Assembly: GCF_000023205.1 (NCBI RefSeq)
Contig: NC_012803.1
Location: 1,590,001 to 1,622,000, forward strand
DNA: 32,000 nucleotides
Direction: 5' to 3'
Source: Micrococcus luteus NCTC 2665
GTDB taxonomy: Bacteria; Actinomycetota; Actinomycetes; Actinomycetales; Micrococcaceae
A program made the translations under genes and the position numbers. The notes beneath the pieces are model-generated. The model saw only the letters and a list, made by a program, of their open reading frames with translations. It was not told where the DNA came from and ran no database searches. Positions 26,822 to 32,000 of this stretch are shown in pieces (the stretch's first letter is position 1; every line of letters begins with the position of its first letter).

Positions 26822-28645
26822 TCAGGGCCTGCTCGGCCTGGCGCGCGGACACGGCGGGGCCGCCGTGGCGACGTCCGCGACCGTGCCGACGGCGTCGGCG
26901 TCCGCCTCCTGCGGGACGGGCCGGGACAGGTCATCGGCGTACCGGCGGTCAGCCGTGCTGTAGCGGGGCGGAATGGGCAGCACGGAGCGGCCGATCGGCT
27001 CCGGGGCCTCCGCGCCCTGCGCGGCCGGGCGCGGCGCCCGCGGCAGGGTCACCATGAAGGTGGACCCCTCCCCCAGCTCGCCCCACGCCTCGAGCCGGCC
27101 GCCGTGCAGCCGGGTGTCCTCGGTGGCGATCGCCAGACCCAGTCCGGACCCGCCGGTGGTGCGCTTGCGTGCAGGGTCGGCACGCCAGAACCGGTCGAAC
27201 ACGCGCTGCACCTGCTCGGGGCTCATGCCGATGCCGTGATCCACGACGGCGAACGTGACGGCCTCCTCGTCGGCCGCCACGAGCACGTCCACCGGCCGGC
27301 CCTCGGCGTGCTCGATCGCGTTGTTCACCAGGTTGCGCAGGATCCGTTCGATGCGCCGCGGGTCGACGTGGGCGACGTGGCCGTCGGCGCGGTCCCGGTC
27401 CATGGGCACCACGTACACGGGCACGCCGATCTGATCGGCCAACGGCTGAGAGGTGAGCACGACGTCGCGGGCCAGCTCGAGCATGTCCGTGGCCTCGAGG
27501 GCGAGGGTGGCGGCGCCGGCGTCGAACCGGGTGATCTCCAGCAGGTCCGTGAGCATGGCCTGGAAGCGGTCCACCTGGTGGTAGAGCAGCTCGGTCGAGC
27601 GTCGGTTGACCGGGTCGAAGTCCTCGCGCGAGCCGTACAGCACGTCGGCCGCCATCCGCACGGTCGTCAGCGGCGTGCGCAGCTCATGGGAGACGTCCGA
27701 GACGAACCGCTGCTGCATCTGGGACAGCTGGGCGAGCTGGCCGATCTGGTCCTGGATGCTGTCCGCCATCCGGTTGAAGGACATGCTCAGGCGGGCCATC
27801 TCGTCCTCGCCGTCGACCGGCATCCGCACGGCCAGGTTGCCGCTCGAGAGGGACTCGGCCGCCCGGGCCGCCTGCTGCACGGGCCGGGTCACACGCCGCG
27901 AGACCCACCACGAGACCAGCACGTTGATCACCAGGAAGCCGACGCCGAACACCAGCAGCACCCCGAGCACCGAGTCGAGCGAGCTCTGGACGTCCGCGAG
28001 GTCGTAGACGAGGTAGAGCCCGTAGGTGGCACCCGGGGGCAGCACCACCTGGGCGCCGAACACGAGGCCGGGCCGGGTGCCGCCGCCGGGGTTCGGCAGC
28101 GCCACGCTCGCGTCGTACACGCCCGGCCCGGAGGCGACCGCGTCCTGCAGCTCCTGGGGGATCACCGCGGGATCGAGCCCGGCGGAGGAGATCGTTCCCA
28201 CGTACGCGGACTCGGAGTCCGGCAGCGGGGCGAGGTGGTAGCGGCGGCGGATCGTGGTACCCGAGTCCCCCTCGAGGGCACGCAGGGTCTGGGTCACCAG
28301 CACGTCCGTGCTCTGCGCGTCCGTGGCGGTGGTCTGCGCGAACGTCTCGCGCACCTGACTCAGGCCACGGCGTGCCTCGGACTGCACCTGCTCGTAGCGG
28401 GCCTCGAAGAGGGCCTGGGTGATCTGCTGCGTCAGGAACGCGGCGACCACGAGGCCCGCGAGGATCGAGAGCAGGGCCGCGAGCACCGCCGTGCGCAGCC
28501 GCAGGGACCGACGCCACCGGCGGCGCAGCGCACGCCACGCGGGGCCGGGGACCCACGACCGTGGGCGGCCGGCGGCGGGCTCGACCGGCTCGGCACCGGC
28601 CTCGGCCGCCGGGGCCGCGCTCACACCCGGGCCGGACACGGTCAT
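26822..28645 (-). CDS. mtrB: sensor histidine kinase MtrB
   Basis: The 607-aa ORF has two TM segments, a HAMP domain, the H-box FVSDVSHELRTPLTT, the N-box LRNLVNNAIEHA and the G-box GGSGLGLAI. It sits directly after mtrA. Confidence 0.92.
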   Translation of the reverse strand: MTVSGPGVSAAPAAEAGAEPVEPAAGRPRSWVPGPAWRALRRRWRRSLRLRTAVLAALLSILAGLVVAAFLTQQITQALFEARYEQVQSEARRGLSQVRETFAQTTATDAQSTDVLVTQTLRALEGDSGTTIRRRYHLAPLPDSESAYVGTISSAGLDPAVIPQELQDAVASGPGVYDASVALPNPGGGTRPGLVFGAQVVLPPGATYGLYLVYDLADVQSSLDSVLGVLLVFGVGFLVINVLVSWWVSRRVTRPVQQAARAAESLSSGNLAVRMPVDGEDEMARLSMSFNRMADSIQDQIGQLAQLSQMQQRFVSDVSHELRTPLTTVRMAADVLYGSREDFDPVNRRSTELLYHQVDRFQAMLTDLLEITRFDAGAATLALEATDMLELARDVVLTSQPLADQIGVPVYVVPMDRDRADGHVAHVDPRRIERILRNLVNNAIEHAEGRPVDVLVAADEEAVTFAVVDHGIGMSPEQVQRVFDRFWRADPARKRTTGGSGLGLAIATEDTRLHGGRLEAWGELGEGSTFMVTLPRAPRPAAQGAEAPEPIGRSVLPIPPRYSTADRRYADDLSRPVPQEADADAVGTVADVATAAPPCPRARPSRP

Positions 28646-28649
28646 GCGC

Positions 28650-29330
28650 TCAGCCCTGGCCGGCCTTGTACCCGACGCCGCGGACGGTCAGCACGACGCA
28701 CGGGTTCTCGAGATCCGGCTCGACCTTGGAGCGCAGGCGCTGGACGTGGACGTTCACGAGCCGGGTGTCGGCCTGGTGCCGGTAGCCCCAGACCTCCTCC
28801 AGCAACATCTCGCGGGTGAAGACGTGGCGCGGCCGCCGGGCGAGGGCCACGAGGAGGTCGAACTCCAGCGGGGTGAGGGCGATGCCGACGCCGCCGCGGG
28901 TGACCTGGTGGCCCGCCACGTCGATCTCGAGGTCCCCGATGTGCAGGACCTCCGCCGGCTTGGCCTCCCCCTCACGCAGGCGCGCCCGGACGCGGGCCAC
29001 GAGCTCGGCCGGCTTGAACGGCTTGGGCACGTAGTCGTCCGCACCCGACTCGAGGCCGCGCACCACGTCCGCCGTGTCCGACTTGGCCGTGAGCATCACG
29101 ATCGGCACGTCCGACTCGGCTCGGATGAGCCTGCAGACCTCGATGCCGTCGATGCCGGGGAGCATGAGGTCCAGAAGCACCAGATCAGGGCGCTCGCGGT
29201 GGAACGCGGGCAGTGCGGAGGTGCCGTCTGCGGCGAACGTCGGCTCGAAGCCGTCGTTGCGCAGGACGATGCCGATCATCTCGGCCAGCGCCTCGTCGTC
29301 GTCCACCACCAGGATCTTGGCCTTGCCCAT
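28650..29330 (-). CDS. mtrA: response regulator MtrA (OmpR family)
   Basis: MGKAKILVVDDDEALAEMIGIVLRNDGFE...DLVLLDLMLPGIDG...KPF... is followed by a winged helix (LTPLEFDLLVALARRP...VRGVGYK). The ATG at 29330 is preceded by GAGGAGG. Confidence 0.93.
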   Translation of the reverse strand: MGKAKILVVDDDEALAEMIGIVLRNDGFEPTFAADGTSALPAFHRERPDLVLLDLMLPGIDGIEVCRLIRAESDVPIVMLTAKSDTADVVRGLESGADDYVPKPFKPAELVARVRARLREGEAKPAEVLHIGDLEIDVAGHQVTRGGVGIALTPLEFDLLVALARRPRHVFTREMLLEEVWGYRHQADTRLVNVHVQRLRSKVEPDLENPCVVLTVRGVGYKAGQG

Positions 29331-29410
29331 CCTGACCTCCTCGTCAGCGCTCCCCCCGGCGCCGCGGGCGGGACCGGCCCCGGGCACAGGAAATTTTCAG
29401 GATCAGCCCG

Positions 29411-29416
29411 ATGATA
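29411..29416 (-). promoter_or_regulatory. candidate -10 hexamer TATCAT for mtrA operon
   Basis: A TANNNT-type hexamer on the minus strand sits in the only AT-rich patch (GGGTATCATCGGGCTGATCCTGAAAATTTCC) of the 152-nt spacer upstream of mtrA. There is no convincing -35. Confidence 0.25.
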
Positions 29417-29457
29417 CCCGCCGGGCGGGCCCGTCCCCGGCGGACGACGCCGGAGGT

Positions 29458-29477
29458 CGCCCCGGTCCGTCGGGGCG
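29458..29477 (-). terminator. hairpin after MetE-like gene (7-bp perfect stem CGCCCCG/CGGGGCG, 6-nt loop)
   Basis: It starts 6 nt downstream of the stop at 29483. Confidence 0.35.
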
Positions 29478-29482
29478 CCGGC

Positions 29483-30598
29483 TCAGCCGCGCAGCTCGGC
29501 GAGCCGTGCGGTCAGCTCCTCCGCGTCCCGCCGCAGAGTGCGGAGCACGGCGGGGTCGTGCGACCCCGCCGCTGTGAGGCCGACGTCACCCACGCGTCCG
29601 GGGTCCACCCCCAGCCGTTCCCACGTGCGGACGACGTCGACCGGACGCACGCCCGGCTCGGGGGCCAGCGTCAGCCCGCGCCCGATGTCGGCCCAGCCGG
29701 CCGCCGCCTCCCACGCCTCGCGGGTGCCGGGCGTGCCGTCCGCGCCGTCGTCGAGGGCGCCCACGCCCACCACGAGGGAGACCGGGGCCGGGGCGGGCGC
29801 GTCCGCGGCTGCGTCGGGCCTGGGCAGGGACTCTCCCGTCAGCGTCGCCAGCGCGGCGGGCCCGGGCAGCTCGGCCCCCGGGGAGGTGGCCCGGCGGCCC
29901 GGCGCGAGCCACACCCGGGCGACGTCGGGCAGGACGGTGAGCCCGTCGAGGGCGGCGCGCCACAGCCCGCGGGCCTCCTCGCGCGGCAGCGACCGGACGG
30001 TGCGGTACCCGCTCGCGGTGGGCAGGGTCCCGGCGAGGACGGCCGCCGCCCACGGCTCGTCGACGACGACGCCGAGACGGGCCGCGCCGGTGGCCCTCCG
30101 GAGGCGGGGCAGGGCGTCCTGCAGCCCCTCGAGATAGGACTCGGCGACGTCGCGGCGCGCGCCGTGGTCGCCGAGGACGCGCTCTCCCCCGGGCAGCCAG
30201 AGGCCGGCGAGCAGGCTGAGCGGGCCGCGCACCCGCACGGCCAGACGTTCGACGACGGCGCCCTCGGCCCCCGCGGTGTCCGCCCAGCGGTGCGCGTCCT
30301 CGCGCCAGAGGGAGACGGCGCGGCGTCGGTCGCGGCCGGAGCCGGCGGCCCCGGGCGGGCTGACCCGCCAGCCGTGCGGCTGCAGGTCGACGGCCAGCTC
30401 CTGCAGGAGGGCGGCCGAGCGGCCGGTGGCGTCGGCGCCGGGTCCGCGATCGGGCAGCTCGGGAAGCACCGGCCAGTGGTCCGCGCCGAGCTCGCCGAGC
30501 GTGACGCGCTGCGCCTCGGCGACGTCGGTGCCGCGCCACGGCGTGCCGCCGAGGGCGACGGTGCCGCTGGCGCCGTCGTCGTGGGCGGCCTCAGTCAT
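29483..30598 (-). CDS. cobalamin-independent methionine synthase-like (UROD/MetE-like) protein, Rv3015c-like
   Basis: The 371-aa ORF's N-terminal pattern GGTPWRGTDVAEAQRVTLGEL...PVLPELPDRGPGADATGRSAALL...LQPHGWR resembles the actinobacterial MetE-like family. The assignment is from memory and was not verified. Confidence 0.5.
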   Translation of the reverse strand: MTEAAHDDGASGTVALGGTPWRGTDVAEAQRVTLGELGADHWPVLPELPDRGPGADATGRSAALLQELAVDLQPHGWRVSPPGAAGSGRDRRRAVSLWREDAHRWADTAGAEGAVVERLAVRVRGPLSLLAGLWLPGGERVLGDHGARRDVAESYLEGLQDALPRLRRATGAARLGVVVDEPWAAAVLAGTLPTASGYRTVRSLPREEARGLWRAALDGLTVLPDVARVWLAPGRRATSPGAELPGPAALATLTGESLPRPDAAADAPAPAPVSLVVGVGALDDGADGTPGTREAWEAAAGWADIGRGLTLAPEPGVRPVDVVRTWERLGVDPGRVGDVGLTAAGSHDPAVLRTLRRDAEELTARLAELRG

Positions 30599-30980
30599 CC
30601 GCGTCCCCGGGGCACTCCCCCGGCTCCGCCTCGGCGTCCGGCCGGCCCTCGGCCGCCAGCGCGCGGTGGTGGCGGATGACCTCGGCGATGATGAAGTTCA
30701 GGAACTTCTCGGCGAACGCGGGCTCGAGGTCCGCCTCGAGCGCGAGCCGGTGCAGCCGCGCGATCTGGGCGGCCTCACGCCCGGGGTCCGAGGGCGGCAG
30801 GTCGTGCCGGGCCTTCAGCGCGCCGACCCGCTGCGTGAACTTGAACCGCTCGGCCAGCAGGTAGACGAGCGAGGCGTCGATGTTGTCGATGCTGCCGCGG
30901 ATCGCGAAGAGCTCGTCGAGGACCGCCGGGTCCGCGGTGCCGGGCAGCGAGCTGGCGTGGGGGTCGTAGTCCGGGCTCAT
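30591..30980 (-). CDS. chorismate mutase (AroQ class)
   Basis: LDELFAIRGSIDNIDASLVYLLAERFKFTQRVGALK...REAAQIARL...FAEKFLNFIIAEVIRHH fits the CM_2 domain. Its 3' end overlaps the next gene by 8 nt. Confidence 0.8.
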   Translation of the reverse strand: MSPDYDPHASSLPGTADPAVLDELFAIRGSIDNIDASLVYLLAERFKFTQRVGALKARHDLPPSDPGREAAQIARLHRLALEADLEPAFAEKFLNFIIAEVIRHHRALAAEGRPDAEAEPGECPGDADD

Positions 30981-30989
30981 GGCCGAAGC

Positions 30990-32000
30990 CTACGCATCCG
31001 CGGGGGCCGACAGCCGGGCATTGCGGGCGGTGTCGATGGTGGCCTGGCCGAGCACGCGGGTGCCCCGGTACAGGACGGCCGTCTGACCGGGGGCCACCCC
31101 GCGCAGGGGGCGCGCCGGCTCGATCTCCCACCCCGGATGCCCCGCCGCGTCGGCGCGCTGACGGGCGCGGGCCTCGACGATCTCGCCGTGGGCCCGGAAC
31201 TGCAGCGCGCAGTCGAACCAGGCGCCCGTGCGGGCTTCGGGCACCGGGGCGCCGGCCCACGACGGGCGGATGCCGGTGATGCGGTCGACGTCGAGCAGCT
31301 CGCGGCCGCCGACGACCACCTTGTTCTCCTTCGGCCGCACCTCGAGCACGAACCGGGGCTTGCCGTCGGGCGCGGGACGGCCGATGGCCAGGCCCTTGCG
31401 CTGGCCGACCGTGAACGCCTGGGCGCCCGCGTGGGTGCCGAGCTCCTGCCCCTCCGGGTCGACGATGGGGCCGGGGGCGAGGTCGATGCGCTCGGCGAGC
31501 CAGCCGCGGGTGTCGCCGTCGGGGATGAAGCAGATGTCGTGGGAGTCCGGCTTCGCCGCCACGGACAGGCCGCGCTCGGCCGCCTCGGCGCGCACGAGCT
31601 CCTTGGACGGCGTGTCCGCGAGCGGGAAGAGGCAGTGGGCGAGCTGATCCGCGGTGAGCACGCCGAGCACGTAGGACTGGTCCTTCGCATCGTCCGCAGC
31701 GCGGTGCAGCTCCAGCGAGCCGTCCGGACCGGGCCGCACGGCGGCGTAGTGGCCGGTGCAGACGGCGTCGAAGCCCAGCTCGAGGGCGCGCTCGAGCAGC
31801 GCCGCGAACTTGATGCGCTCGTTGCAGCGCATGCACGGGTTGGGCGTGCGGCCGGCCTCGTACTCGGCCACGAAGTCGTCCACGACGTCCTCCGCGAACC
31901 GCTCGGAGAAGTCCCACGTGTAGAAGGGGATGCCGAGCCGCTCGCACGCGCGCCACGCGTCCGAGGCGTCCTCGATGGTGCAGCAGCCACGCGAGCCGGT
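30990..32000 (-). CDS. mnmA: tRNA 2-thiouridine(34) synthase MnmA (partial; N-terminus beyond the window end)
   Basis: The frame is open to 32000 and reads [35 protein letters not shown]...[16 protein letters not shown]...DQSYVL, which carries MnmA motifs. Confidence 0.9.
   Translation of the reverse strand, partial: TGSRGCCTIEDASDAWRACERLGIPFYTWDFSERFAEDVVDDFVAEYEAGRTPNPCMRCNERIKFAALLERALELGFDAVCTGHYAAVRPGPDGSLELHRAADDAKDQSYVLGVLTADQLAHCLFPLADTPSKELVRAEAAERGLSVAAKPDSHDICFIPDGDTRGWLAERIDLAPGPIVDPEGQELGTHAGAQAFTVGQRKGLAIGRPAPDGKPRFVLEVRPKENKVVVGGRELLDVDRITGIRPSWAGAPVPEARTGAWFDCALQFRAHGEIVEARARQRADAAGHPGWEIEPARPLRGVAPGQTAVLYRGTRVLGQATIDTARNARLSAPADA

Noticed and set aside
26722-26934. Longer lpqB N-terminus starting at 26934 and overlapping mtrB
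   Set aside because: The extension is Arg/Pro-rich low-complexity sequence overlapping the MtrB C-terminus. The ATG at 26721 has a GAGGAGG SD and gives a normal lipoprotein signal peptide.

Overview
By eye this is a very GC-rich actinobacterial chromosomal segment that looks Micrococcales-like; I cannot name the species. It is almost entirely conserved core genes. In order: pheT/pheS, a CHY zinc-finger protein coupled to a small HExxH membrane protein, pcp, an Rv2578c-type radical SAM gene behind a near-consensus LexA box, a MutT-like NUDIX gene, an MFS transporter, glsB/yeaQ, a TrmH-family methyltransferase, rplT-rpmI-infC, DUF1844, whiB1, pdtaS, an orphan SAF/CpaB-like plus TadZ/CpaE-like pair with a divergent excisionase-type HTH gene, a LysM protein, an Rv3235-family protein, secA, hpf, comF, lpqB-mtrB-mtrA, a MetE-like protein, chorismate mutase and mnmA. 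From memory, gene order matches the M. tuberculosis Rv3219-Rv3220c and Rv3235/Rv3240c-Rv3246c neighbourhoods. I found no tRNA, rRNA, CRISPR array or recognisable defence island. The clearest unusual feature is a 939-bp IS5-family (IS427-like) element inserted in lpqB, with a TA duplication that lets the gene be rebuilt exactly. Other points worth a second look: (1) the SAF - TadZ-like ATPase - pdtaS operon has no pilus machinery in the window, and both Walker-A lysines of the ATPase are substituted; (2) IF-3 starts at ATC and carries a roughly 170-aa Pro/Ala/Lys tail built from 36-bp tandem duplications; (3) the infC leader and the infC-rpmI spacer are structured; (4) there are operator-like palindromes and repeats upstream of whiB1 and the LysM gene. 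I see no clear-cut novel multi-gene system. The SAF/TadZ-like/PdtaS/HTH module is the best candidate for undescribed biology, and that is inference only. The many long ORFs antisense to real genes are GC artefacts.
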